Shown here in pieces: positions 54,088 to 64,000 of a stretch of DNA of 64,000 bases. A program made the position numbers and the translations under genes. Source of the stretch: an uncultured Acidobacteriaceae bacterium. Its GTDB lineage: Bacteria; Acidobacteriota; Terriglobia; Terriglobales; Acidobacteriaceae. Positions within the stretch are counted from its first letter, which is position 1. The number at the start of each line of letters is the position of its first letter. The stretch lies in the NCBI GenBank assembly GCA_963832995.1, contig CAWHVZ010000004.1, positions 222,851-286,850 on the forward strand, written 5' to 3'. Below the pieces are notes generated by a model that was not told the origin of the DNA, did not search any database, and saw nothing but the letters and a program-made list of their open reading frames with translations.

Positions 54088-55242
54088 CTACGATCGCAAT
54101 TCGGGTCCGTCGGTGTGGATGGGCGCCACCTGACCGTGGAGGTCGATGCGCAGAAACTCCGGCTCGGTCGCTGCCGGTTTGCCCTGCATGACGCGGATCG
54201 CAGCCCGCGCTCCGCCCAGGAACAGCGCCAGCACCACCGCCGCGAGCGCACCAAGCGCACAAAAGATGGCGATGCTGTACAGCAGGCTGTAGGTCTTCTG
54301 CACCTCGGCGTGAAACTCCGGCGGCATCTTCTTGTCGAAGGTTATCTCGCTGCGCAGATGGATTCCTTCGATCATCGCCTTCGCATCGGCGGCGCTCCAC
54401 GCACCGCTGGTCAACAGCACGAGCGGCCCCTCGCGCCGCAGCAGCACGGTGCCCTGCGCGACGCCCTGCTGATGCTCCTGCGCCTCAATCTGACGGAGAT
54501 GATCGCCGGCAATCTGCGGCGTCGGGTAGAGCAGCAGCGTCAGCGTTCCCTTGCCGGCATACTTCGCCGTCACCGATTCGCCGGCCTTGTCGAAGCCGAC
54601 GATGCCGCCGGGCAGCACGCCGCCCATAGCCTCATATCCCGCGGGGCCAAGCGCATAACGAACTGACTCAACCTGCAGGCCCTTCGCGGGTAGATAAGTC
54701 GGCAGCAGCGGAGGCAACGCCGCGGTTCCACCCACCTTCGGCAGCTTGCCGATGAGCTCCGGCAGTAGCGCGTCGCCGCCTATGTTCAGGTCTTCACGCA
54801 CCACGTTTACACCGTTCAGGATCACACGCCCCTGGTGATCGAACGAGGCCGCTTCGCCCAGCTTGTGGTCGATGCGAATCTCCGGCCGACGGAAGTAGTC
54901 GAAGGCGGCAAGCGCGCCGCTCGCGTCCATGAACTTGTAGACCGTCACGGTTCCACGTTGCGCGCCGTCGCCCTTATACTCCGACCGCGCAAAGCGCTTC
55001 AGCCCGTCTTCCTGCAACACGACTGCATCTGCCACATCAACCGCGTCCAGCCCATCGCCTGCGTCACCGTCAGCCACGCGCGTCAGCTTGCCGAGCGTCT
55101 GTGGCAACAGCGGAGTCGGCGGCAACGCCAGCATCGTCTTCGTCTCCTGCGCAAACCCACCCGTCGCCGCACCAGCCACCGCCAGTGCAACGACCGCTCC
55201 ACCCAACCAACGCAACCCGAAATTCATCCGAAAACCGCCCAT
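54088..55242 (-). CDS. Exported protein with a C-terminal TM anchor (DUF6599-like)
   Basis: Signal peptide, LYPTPQIA motif, C-terminal TM; family name recalled, not searched. Confidence 0.7.
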   Translation of the reverse strand: MGGFRMNFGLRWLGGAVVALAVAGAATGGFAQETKTMLALPPTPLLPQTLGKLTRVADGDAGDGLDAVDVADAVVLQEDGLKRFARSEYKGDGAQRGTVTVYKFMDASGALAAFDYFRRPEIRIDHKLGEAASFDHQGRVILNGVNVVREDLNIGGDALLPELIGKLPKVGGTAALPPLLPTYLPAKGLQVESVRYALGPAGYEAMGGVLPGGIVGFDKAGESVTAKYAGKGTLTLLLYPTPQIAGDHLRQIEAQEHQQGVAQGTVLLRREGPLVLLTSGAWSAADAKAMIEGIHLRSEITFDKKMPPEFHAEVQKTYSLLYSIAIFCALGALAAVVLALFLGGARAAIRVMQGKPAATEPEFLRIDLHGQVAPIHTDGPELRS

Positions 55243-55388
55243 ACTAGGGTCAGACTACACCACACGCCATTGGTAAGCGTAGACACCGCGCATGCCCGAT
55301 TAGTTCCCAATCGCTGCGCCAGAAAGAGGTAAGGCGAAGCATCGACATAGGATAAAAGCCGCAACCTGACTAGCCTTGGGGAATTAAC

Positions 55389-55417
55389 TTGACAATAGTT
55401 TCCTAGGAAACTATATT
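55389..55417 (+). promoter_or_regulatory. Promoter with MarR operator
   Basis: TTGACA-17-TATATT; perfect 20-bp palindrome ATAGTTTCCTAGGAAACTAT at 55395-55414. Confidence 0.85.
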
Positions 55418-55430
55418 TACTCCATCGGCC

Positions 55431-55904
55431 ATGAACACTCATCACAAAAAATCGGTGCAGCCTAGCGACCTTAAGGCCCACATCGGATTCTGGCTGCGCT
55501 TCGTCTCCAATCATGTCTCGCATGCCTTCGCGCAAAAACTGCTTGCCAGCGGAGTTACGGTGGCCGAGTGGGTCATTCTGCGCGAGATGTTCGGCTCCGC
55601 CTCGACCTCTCCGAGCTCGCTTGCTACGAGCACAGGCCTCACGCGGGGCGCGGTCTCAAAGCTGGTTGAGCGCCTGCTTCGAAAACAGCTCGTGACACGC
55701 GAAGAGGGCGCCGCAGACCGCAGAACCCAGGTCATCGCCCTTACTCCCGAGGGCCGCCGCCTTGTCCCACTGCTGGCCTCGCTGGCCGATCAGAATGATG
55801 AGCAGTTCTTCGCGGTGCTCTCTGCGAAACAGCGCGAGGAGCTTGTCGCAACTCTCAAGAAACTCGTTCAGGCCAATCGCCTGAACAAGATCCCCACTGA
55901 ATAA
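55431..55904 (+). CDS. MarR family regulator
   Basis: wHTH GAVSKLVERL, DRR..LT..G. Confidence 0.92.
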   Translation: MNTHHKKSVQPSDLKAHIGFWLRFVSNHVSHAFAQKLLASGVTVAEWVILREMFGSASTSPSSLATSTGLTRGAVSKLVERLLRKQLVTREEGAADRRTQVIALTPEGRRLVPLLASLADQNDEQFFAVLSAKQREELVATLKKLVQANRLNKIPTE

Positions 55905-55914
55905 GGAGCAACAT

Positions 55915-56310
55915 ATGAATACCGCCGTCATGCACGACACACTGGCCGCATCGGAAGCTGGTCAGCTCACCTTTCCCAACGTCGTCAAAGCTCTGGCCGA
56001 GGTTGGCGTCGAGTCGTATCTCATTGATCTCGCCCACGGCTCAGCTACTTACTACATGCCTGACGGCGAGACACACAGCGAAAGCCTGGCATCGCACACT
56101 GCAGCCATCGCAGAAGACTTCTCCTCAACCGATCTCGTCGCCGCTATCCGCATGGCCCAGGCCGATCAGATTCGCTATCCCGAATTTTTGCGTCGCTCGC
56201 TGGCAGCCGGGACCATCGCCTACTGGGCCTATCTCACCGGCAAGAAGGTCATCTACTTCGGCCACAAAGGAGAGTTCCATGTGGAAGAGTTTCCCAAGCC
56301 CGCGCAATGA
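55915..56310 (+). CDS. DUF1398 family protein
   Basis: Duplicated FP....L...GV..Y / YPEF....AAG...Y halves; AAGGAG RBS. Confidence 0.75.
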   Translation: MNTAVMHDTLAASEAGQLTFPNVVKALAEVGVESYLIDLAHGSATYYMPDGETHSESLASHTAAIAEDFSSTDLVAAIRMAQADQIRYPEFLRRSLAAGTIAYWAYLTGKKVIYFGHKGEFHVEEFPKPAQ

Positions 56311-56352
56311 CGCGGGCTCCGTTTCGCGGCACCCTTGCGAGCGCAGCACCGG

Positions 56353-58914
56353 TTACTTCGTGCTCGCTCGCTCGGTTGTATTCTTCGTCGCGCTCAGCCC
56401 ACCGGCATACTTCGCGACACCTTTATAGAGGCTCTCAGCCACGCGCTGCCGATACTCGGGCTGCGATAACTGGTTCGCGTCCTTCGGATTCGTCACGAAC
56501 GATATCTCGGCGAGAATCGACGGCATGTTCGCACCGATTAGCACCACGAACGGCGCCTTCTTCACGCCACGGTCCTTCAGCCCCGCGTTGCCGCGTTGCA
56601 GCCCGCCATAGAGGCTGGCCTCAACGTCGCTCGCAAACTCCCGCGACTCGTCGATCTTGTCCTTCAGCGCGATCTTCTTCACCAGATCGCTGAGCTGGTG
56701 AATCGACTGATCGCTCACCGCGTTTTCGCGAGCCGCTGTCTCCAGTGCATCCGGCGACGACGTAAAGTTCAGGTAGTACGTCTCGACGCCGCGCGCCGTT
56801 GCATCCGGCGATGAGTTCGCGTGGATGCTCAGAAACAGGTCGGCCTGCGCCTTGTTCGCGATTGCCGTCCTGGTCTCCAGCGGAATAAACGTATCGTCCG
56901 ACCGCGTGTAGATGATCTCCGCGCCCAGCCGCTCGTGCAGCAGCGTGCCCACCCGCAGCGCCACATCCAGCACCACATCCTTCTCTTCGATGCCGTCGAC
57001 ACCAATGGTGCCCGAGTCGTGCCCGCCGTGTCCTGCGTCGATGACGATCCGCCCAACCTTCAGCCCCAGGGCACGCACCAGCGATGTCTGGCCGTCGGCC
57101 GTCGGCGCCGCCGCCCGCGCCGGCGTCGCGTTCACGTCGGCGGCCTTGCCCTTTCGAATCCTCTTAGAAGAAATAGCCGCTGCTGTGCTTGATGAAGCAA
57201 CAACACCGGTAGCGGGGCTGTCCTCAATGCCCTCGGCCTCTGGCCCTTTGACTTGCTCGGTCACCTTGGCGGCAATGGGCCGCGAGGTCGGCACGGTCGT
57301 GGCCTCTACCTTGCCGGGCTCCGCGCTCAATGCTGCAATCTCCGTGACGCTTGAGGTTTTTGTGGAGACGGTATTCGGCACCGGCTTCGCCGCCGTCGCT
57401 TTGACCACCGGAGCCGGCATGGGCGTCGGCACCGAAGCGGGCATCAGATTCGGATTCGGACTCGCCGGACTCGCAGAACTCGCCCCGGCACTCGCTGTGG
57501 CCGACTCTTGATTCCTGACCCCTGAGCCCTGCTCCTTCCCGCCATGAATATCAATAATCAGCCGGTAAGGATTTGGCAGCAGAAACGCCGAGTACTCGGT
57601 CACGTCGTTTACATCCAGCACGACGCGCGTCATGTCGTTCGAAAACTGCGCTGCGCGAATCTTCTTCAGAAAGCCGTCATCGGTGACCGCAAAGCTCTTG
57701 CCTACCAGCTCCTGCGCCAGCCGCGTTCCATGCAGGTCGAAGTAGATGCGATCCGGATTCGGGACGCGCGCCGCTTCATACGTCACATTGTCGCCAAGAT
57801 CGATCGCGACGCGAGTATAGGTTGGCGTCGACCAGTGGCGTATCCCCGATACCTGCGCGAGTCCGCCCTTCCGACGGCTCGTCGTGCTCTTCGCAACATT
57901 CACCGGTGTGGCCGCAGCAGTGGTCATTCCATCCAGCTCCGCGTCCACCGGCATCGAGATTCCTTGCCGATCCGTTGCCGCATCATTCGCCGTAACCGCT
58001 GCGCTCGACACCGGCGTTGCAACGGTCGCGCGCGTCACCGGCGTAGCCCCCAGCAAACTCGCTCCTGTAACTGGTTCGCTCACAGCGAAACTGGTCGGAG
58101 CCGAGGCACTCGTCCTGCTCTTCGCTTTGGCCGGCAAAGCCTTCTGCGTCCCAACCGCTCGAGCCTGATCCCTCGACGATGCGGAGGTCATCAGAGCATC
58201 AAGACCTGCCCGTGCCTCTTCGGCATGTCCGCTCGACGGATACTGCTTCAGAAATAGCGTGTACCGCTCCTTCGCCGCCACCACGTCGCCGAGGTCGTTG
58301 GCCTCAATCTGCGCCTCCTCCAACAACGCCATCACTCGCAGCGAGCTGCCCGGATACTGCGTCCGCAAAAACTCATACTGCCCGACCGCGGCCTTCAGTG
58401 TTCTGGTGTCATGCAGCGTGCGTCCCTGTTCCTCCAACAGCTCCGCCACAGCGTACACCGCGCTCGGAGCATGAACATCGCCGGGGCGCTCATGATAGAT
58501 GGCGCGAAAGCCGTCCATCGCTGCCGTGTAGTCGGCCTTGGTCCTGCTCTCCTCGGGAATCGCCTCCAGCGTCTCGCGGCCACGCTCGGCCAGCTCCCAC
58601 GGAGTCAGAGTCGCCTGCGCTGCCTTCGAACTCCTGGCCGCGGCCGTCGATGAAGACGCCGGCCTCGCTGCCCACACCGGTCCAGCCCAAACCGACGCGC
58701 AACAGCACACCGCTACGGCGCAACCCGCACCCCAAACCCACCTCAGCCGCATTGTCTTCAGCGCCACCATCAACCCCCAGTTTAAGGGTCGCGCCGCCTG
58801 CCGCCCGCGAAAAGCCGCCTCGGTTACTCCCCCCGATACTCCCCTACCCATTGAGGATGCGCGGCAAACACCACACCGTATTGTGCCCGCGCAAACCACC
58901 ACCTGCTGCGTCAA
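56353..58914 (-). CDS. amiC: N-acetylmuramoyl-L-alanine amidase (TPR-like + AMIN + Amidase_3); start uncertain
   Basis: IDAGHGGHD, EKD, SIHAN, LAEISF; TRVVLD AMIN domain. Confidence 0.88.
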   Translation of the reverse strand: MTQQVVVCAGTIRCGVCRASSMGRGVSGGVTEAAFRGRQAARPLNWGLMVALKTMRLRWVWGAGCAVAVCCCASVWAGPVWAARPASSSTAAARSSKAAQATLTPWELAERGRETLEAIPEESRTKADYTAAMDGFRAIYHERPGDVHAPSAVYAVAELLEEQGRTLHDTRTLKAAVGQYEFLRTQYPGSSLRVMALLEEAQIEANDLGDVVAAKERYTLFLKQYPSSGHAEEARAGLDALMTSASSRDQARAVGTQKALPAKAKSRTSASAPTSFAVSEPVTGASLLGATPVTRATVATPVSSAAVTANDAATDRQGISMPVDAELDGMTTAAATPVNVAKSTTSRRKGGLAQVSGIRHWSTPTYTRVAIDLGDNVTYEAARVPNPDRIYFDLHGTRLAQELVGKSFAVTDDGFLKKIRAAQFSNDMTRVVLDVNDVTEYSAFLLPNPYRLIIDIHGGKEQGSGVRNQESATASAGASSASPASPNPNLMPASVPTPMPAPVVKATAAKPVPNTVSTKTSSVTEIAALSAEPGKVEATTVPTSRPIAAKVTEQVKGPEAEGIEDSPATGVVASSSTAAAISSKRIRKGKAADVNATPARAAAPTADGQTSLVRALGLKVGRIVIDAGHGGHDSGTIGVDGIEEKDVVLDVALRVGTLLHERLGAEIIYTRSDDTFIPLETRTAIANKAQADLFLSIHANSSPDATARGVETYYLNFTSSPDALETAARENAVSDQSIHQLSDLVKKIALKDKIDESREFASDVEASLYGGLQRGNAGLKDRGVKKAPFVVLIGANMPSILAEISFVTNPKDANQLSQPEYRQRVAESLYKGVAKYAGGLSATKNTTERASTK

Positions 58915-58986
58915 TTACCCGTTCTCCGACGGCTCAATTCTGAACGCGAGATGCCCTGCGGCGGCAACTCTTGTACACTTTCACGC

Positions 58987-59154
58987 ATGGTAGACATCGA
59001 GCTTCTCGTCCAGTCTTTACGGCACTATGGCCACACTGTGGAGGGCGTCTTCTCCGTCCCGGATAACGCCGGCGAATATGAGCTGGTCATCGACGGCAAC
59101 GCCCTGAACCTCGAAGAGGCGCGGCTGCTTCTCGAAAAAGATGAAAACAAATAG
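58987..59154 (+). CDS. Small hypothetical protein (55 aa), probably leaderless
   Basis: TACACT 7 nt before ATG; host-like codons. Confidence 0.65.
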   Translation: MVDIELLVQSLRHYGHTVEGVFSVPDNAGEYELVIDGNALNLEEARLLLEKDENK

Positions 59155-59181
59155 CTGTCAGGAAAGCAGGCCTCGCGCCGC

Positions 59182-60345
59182 TCAGGCAAACCGCGCGGTG
59201 CGATAAGGCGCAAGCACGTCGATGCTGAGCTGATCGAGCACCTCCGCCGACACGAGCTGCCCGATATACGGAGACAGCGTCATGCCGCTGTGCATTGCCA
59301 CCACGTGAAGGTTCGGATAGCGGGAGCTGCGGTCGACGATGGGCAGACCGTCCTGCGGCATCACCCTGTGGCCGAGAGTCATGTAGTCGAGCTTCACGAC
59401 CGCCAGCGCCGGCATATACTCCGCCGCCTTGGCCAGAAGCTGTTTGCCCAGCTCCGGCGTCGCCAGCTGATCGCCGCTCTCACCAAAGTTCGCGCCTGTA
59501 ACGACACGGCCGTCGAAGTTCTGCTTGATGTCCGAGCCCGGCCCCATCACCACGCGCTTCACCACCGGGGCGGACGGCGCGCTGTGCGCGAGGATGCCGC
59601 GCGAATCCTTCAACGGCACATTCATCCCCACCTTGGCCGCCAGCCGCTCGGTGTCGTTGCCCGTCGCGAGCACGACGTAGTCGCACTCCATCGTGCCCTG
59701 CGTCGTCTTCACCGCGGTTATCTTTCCGGTGCCCGTGACCATATCCGTAATCTCGCACGGATAGATGACCTGCGCTCCAAGCTGCTTCGCCTTTTCGACC
59801 AGAGCCTTCGCCGCAGCCACCGGATCGACTGTACCCTCCTGGTCCGCGAAGTTTGCTGCGCCAAAGTCGCCCGGGTTCGCTCCGGGCAGCAGCTCGTCGA
59901 AACCGATGCGATCCACCATGCGCACCGAGTAGCCCCACTCCGCCCGCTCGCGCACGTGTTTCTTCATCGACTCGATGCCCGCCGCATCGGACGTCGTCCA
60001 CTGCAGACCGCCGCCCCACTGCACCGGCAGAACATCTTTGCCTAATTCGAGCTCCAGCCGGCGCCATCCCGCTACACCGGCGAGATTCAAATCGTAGTAA
60101 GAACGCGGCGACTTCGACGAAGCATTCAGCCACGCAAAGGAGTTCTTCGTCGTCCCTGTCGCAGGAGCGTCCTTCTCCAACAGCGTCACTCGCGCACCGC
60201 GCTTCACAAGATGATAGGCAATCGAGCCGCCCATAATCCCCGCACCCGCCACGATCACGTGATCCCTCGTAAGTGCATGTAATGATGTCGCGCGAATCGC
60301 AGCAGCCGACACGCCGAAGATCTTCACGAACTCCCTGCGATTCAT
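59182..60345 (-). CDS. Tat-exported FAD-dependent oxidoreductase (DAO family)
   Basis: NRREF Tat motif; GAGIMG; HSGMTLSP. Confidence 0.88.
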   Translation of the reverse strand: MNRREFVKIFGVSAAAIRATSLHALTRDHVIVAGAGIMGGSIAYHLVKRGARVTLLEKDAPATGTTKNSFAWLNASSKSPRSYYDLNLAGVAGWRRLELELGKDVLPVQWGGGLQWTTSDAAGIESMKKHVRERAEWGYSVRMVDRIGFDELLPGANPGDFGAANFADQEGTVDPVAAAKALVEKAKQLGAQVIYPCEITDMVTGTGKITAVKTTQGTMECDYVVLATGNDTERLAAKVGMNVPLKDSRGILAHSAPSAPVVKRVVMGPGSDIKQNFDGRVVTGANFGESGDQLATPELGKQLLAKAAEYMPALAVVKLDYMTLGHRVMPQDGLPIVDRSSRYPNLHVVAMHSGMTLSPYIGQLVSAEVLDQLSIDVLAPYRTARFA

Positions 60346-60397
60346 CCCGACACTCCTCGTTCGAATCTAAATCCGCTTCAAAAGCTGTGAGTGCGGA

Positions 60398-63206
60398 CTA
60401 CCCCAGCAAATCCTCCACCACATTCGAAGCCTTCGCAAGCGCTCCATCAAGCGCCCCGACATCGCTTCCGCCGGCCTCAGCGAGATCGGGCCGCCCGCCG
60501 CCTTTGCCTCCGACCATCCCTGCCAGCGTGCCCACAATCTTGCCTGCCTGCACCTTCGCCGTCAGGTCCTTAGTTACGCCGACGATCAGCGAAACCTTAC
60601 CATCGACAGCCGCGCCCAGCACCACCACTCCGGAGCCGAGCTTCCCACGCAGTTGATCGACCAGATCGCGCAGCTGTGCCTTCTCCACTCCATCCACCCG
60701 CTGTGCCAGCACCTTCACGCCTTTTACTTCGATCGCTGACGACGCAGCATCTCCAACCGAGCTTGCCGCGGCCTTCATCCGCACCGCATCAAGTTCGCGC
60801 CGTAGCTTCTTCATCTCCTCTTCCTGCGCGGCGATCTTCGCGCGCAGCGCGTCTGCCGGCGAAGCATCACTCGATCCCGCAAAAGCTCCGACCACTCGAG
60901 CTACATCAAAGTCGCGCCGGAACTCCGACAGCGCGCCCGTCCCGCTGATCGCCTCGACGCGCCGCACTCCGCTGGACACAGAGCTCTCACCCACCAGCTT
61001 CAGCAGCCCTATCTCGCCCGTCGCCGCCGTATGCGTGCCGCCGCACAGCTCGGTCGAGAAGTCGCCAATCTTCACCACGCGCACGCGCTCGCCATACTTC
61101 TCGCCGAACAGCGCCATCGCGCCCAGTTCCTTCACAGCGACGTCGATCGGCACATCCACCAGCGTCTGCACCGGTGTATTCGCCAGTACCTGCTGGTTCA
61201 CGATGTCCTCGACCTCGCGCAGCTCTTCATCGGCCACGCCCGCAAAGTGCGAGAAATCAAACCGCAGCCGCGTCGCATCGTTCAACGAGCCCGCCTGCTT
61301 CACATGCTTGCCCAGCACCTCGCGCAGCGCCGCGTGCAGCAGATGCGTCCCGGTATGGTTCCGCTCCGTCGCACGCCGGTTCACCGCGTCGACCACCGTA
61401 TCCACCGTATCGCCTACCGCAATCGTCTGCGTTCGCTCGCACCTTATGCGCGAACACGCCCTGCACCGGCTTGGTCGCGCCGCTCACCTCTGCCACCATC
61501 ACATTGTGGTCGGCCGAGTAGAGCCAACCCATATCGCCAACCTGCCCGCCCGAGTCCGCATAAAAGCTCGTGGCATCCAGCACAACCTCACCCTCCTCGC
61601 CACCCTTCAGCTCCGGCACGCCCACACCGTCCTTCACTAGCGCCAGCACACGCGCCCCATCCACCCGCAGCGCCGAGTATCCCTCAAACTCCGTCTTAGC
61701 CAACTCCCGATAAACCGGCGCCGCCGACTTCTGCGATCCACCCTTCCAGGAAGCTCGCGCACGCGCCTGCTCCTCCTCCTTTGCCGCCTCGAAGCCAGCC
61801 ATATCAAACGCAATACCCGCATCCCGCGAGGCATCAACCATAAAGTCCAGTGGCAGGCCAAAAGTTTCGTAGACGCGAAAGGCCTCAGCACCATCGACAA
61901 CCGTGCCCCGTGTGTCGAGCCGTCCAGTTTCTTGATAATCCTTTAGATCTTGCAGTGTTCTAGTAGGCCATTGTCCACTTACAAACCTCTCTTCCTGTTT
62001 CAATCGTATTTGCTCGTCTATCAGCCGGTCGAACTGTAAGGCTCCATTTGCGATCACCCTCGCGAACTGCTCTTCCTCCGCAAGCACCACCTTCGCCACC
62101 CGCTCCGCAGTGTCCTTCAACTCCGGATAAGCTACGCTCATCTCATCCCGAACTGCAAAGACCATCTCATGCATAAACGGCTTCTCCTGCCCGAGCAGCC
62201 GTCCATGACGAATCCCGCGCCGCAGAATCTTCCGCAGCACATACCCTCGGCCCTCATTCGCCGGCAGGACACCATCGCTGATCAAAAACGTAGCTGCCCG
62301 CGCGTGGTCCGAGATAATCCTCAGCGAAGCCGCGCCCTTGGCGTCCGAGATGGCAGCCTCGGCAGCGGTCATCGCAGTGAATCCCGTCAGTTCCGCAGCC
62401 CGCGCAATTAGCGGAGTAAACAAATCCGTCTGATAGTTGCTCACCACATTCTGCAACACGCAAGCAACCCGCTCCAACCCCATGCCGGTATCGATCGAAG
62501 GCTTCGGCAGCGGAGTAAGCACCGGTCCCTCGCTACCCATCGAGCGGTCGAACTGCATGAACACCAGGTTCCAGATCTCTACATACCGTTGGTCGTCCTC
62601 GCCGAACGGCATGTCCTTGCCATGCTCACTGGCCTCAACGCCCAGGTCGTAGTAGATCTCCGAACAGGGCCCGCAAGGCCCCGTATCGCCCATCGCCCAG
62701 AAGTTATCCTTTGCGCCGAGCTCGAAGATCCGCTCCGCCGGAACTCCCACCTCCAGCCAGTGTTGATAAGCCTCCGAATCGCGAGGCACTGCGGCATCGC
62801 CTTCGAAGATGGTGACGTATAAGCGATCCTGCGCGATCCCGAACCACTCCGGCGAGGTCAGCAGCTCCCACGCGTAAGCGATTGCATCCTTCTTGAAGTA
62901 GTCGCCGAAGCTGAAGTTCCCCAGCATTTCAAAAAACGTATGGTGCCGCCGCGTAAATCCCACGTTCTCGAGGTCATTGTGCTTTCCGCCTGCGCGCACG
63001 CACTTCTGCGAGGTCGCCGCCCGCGAATAGTCCCGCCGCTCCGCGCCCAAGAAGACATCCTTGAACTGATTCATGCCCGCGTTAGTAAACAGCAGCGTAG
63101 GATCGTTCGCCGGCACCAGTGAAGACGAGTGCACCCGCCGGTGCCCCTTGCCCTCAAAAAACCGCAAAAAGTCTTCACGAATCTGGCTGCCTGAACGATT
63201 GGTCAT
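60398..63206 (-). CDS. alaS: Alanine--tRNA ligase (frameshift near 61420)
   Basis: [48 protein letters not shown]. Confidence 0.97.
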
Positions 63207-63244
63207 AGACTTAAAAGTTTATCAGCCTGACTCTCACGCCTGGC

Positions 63245-64000
63245 CTAACCCACCAGGCCCGGCACCCACGTATGCCCCTCCAGCCGAAACACTTCATCCT
63301 CCAACCGCTGCAACCGCGGAAACTCCCCGCAATGCTCCACCATTACCATCGCGCTCACCAGAGCATCGAATGCGTCCTCCGATGCTCGCGCCTTCGCCAG
63401 CACCGCTCGCGAAAGCCCGGCGTATAGGACATTTTCTTTACGCTTCTTCGCCAGGTAGGCCGTTCGCGCGGCTTCGCTGCTCTTATTCACTGCGCCCGTC
63501 ATCAGCCGCGTATAAATCTCCACCGCCATAGGCCCCGGCTTCGCGAGCGTTAGCCGAGGCGCGTCGAATGGCCACACCGCAAAGCCTGCCTCCCGCAGCC
63601 GCAGCAGCCCCGGTATGCCCCGCAACGAAGCCGTCCCCACGGATCCTGCTCCGCCAATCTGAAACGTAGACTTCGGCGCGATCCCCGCAATCTTCGCCGC
63701 CTGCAGCGGATCGGTAATTTCTGCGCGCACCTTCAACGCCGTCTCCGCGCGTCGCAGCATGCGGTGCGCATGCTCGCCGCAGAACTCCGCCGGCTTCTTC
63801 CCCGTCCTCCGCGATCCCGCCTTGCCCCAGAATCGCGCGTCTTCGCAATCTTTATGCAGCCACGCCTCACCTTGCCCGTCGGCAACCAAGCGCCAGAACT
63901 CCAGCGCCGACCCGATCTCTAGTTCGCGCAGAAACCACAGCGGAAAGCTGAACGAGAAGTCGAACCCCACCACCATCCGCGGAGTCTCCCGCGCCAGTTC
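63245..64000 (-). CDS. DUF429-like RNase H-fold hypothetical protein (5' end outside the window)
   Basis: VGFDFSFSFP, VEIY, DAFDALVSA motifs. Confidence 0.6.
   Translation of the reverse strand, partial: ELARETPRMVVGFDFSFSFPLWFLRELEIGSALEFWRLVADGQGEAWLHKDCEDARFWGKAGSRRTGKKPAEFCGEHAHRMLRRAETALKVRAEITDPLQAAKIAGIAPKSTFQIGGAGSVGTASLRGIPGLLRLREAGFAVWPFDAPRLTLAKPGPMAVEIYTRLMTGAVNKSSEAARTAYLAKKRKENVLYAGLSRAVLAKARASEDAFDALVSAMVMVEHCGEFPRLQRLEDEVFRLEGHTWVPGLVG

Overview
A GC-rich chromosomal window that looks like an Acidobacteriaceae (Granulicella/Edaphobacter-like) genome, inferred from gene families (Oar-type TonB receptors, PEP-CTERM, LssY-like) and not from a search. Core genes are rpoD, obgE, trxC, alaS, an AmiC-type amidase, rlpA, sseA and tRNA-Thr(CGT). 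Many genes, including essential rpoD and alaS, carry single-base frameshifts, so most indels are probably sequencing or assembly error. The window also has a pectin-utilisation locus, several toxin-antitoxin modules, a methyltransferase-nuclease fusion, an IS1595 remnant and many REP-like repeats. The best candidates for new biology are five. (1) A 40-47 kb envelope-acylation operon that combines an MBOAT with a C-terminal Tyr shuttle motif, two SGNH proteins, a DltC-like carrier, a KAS III whose catalytic Cys is Ser, and an acyl-CoA dehydrogenase, divergent from rlpA. (2) A dispersed modular non-coding element (copies at about 2.6, 10.0 and 16.8-17.6 kb), one copy enclosing a cargo ORF. (3) An msrB gene split at a codon boundary by a 722-bp PEP-CTERM/REP cassette. 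(4) A promoter-sRNA-terminator unit upstream of an unannotated 32-aa membrane peptide. (5) Alternating G-rich and C-rich skew blocks that ignore gene direction.
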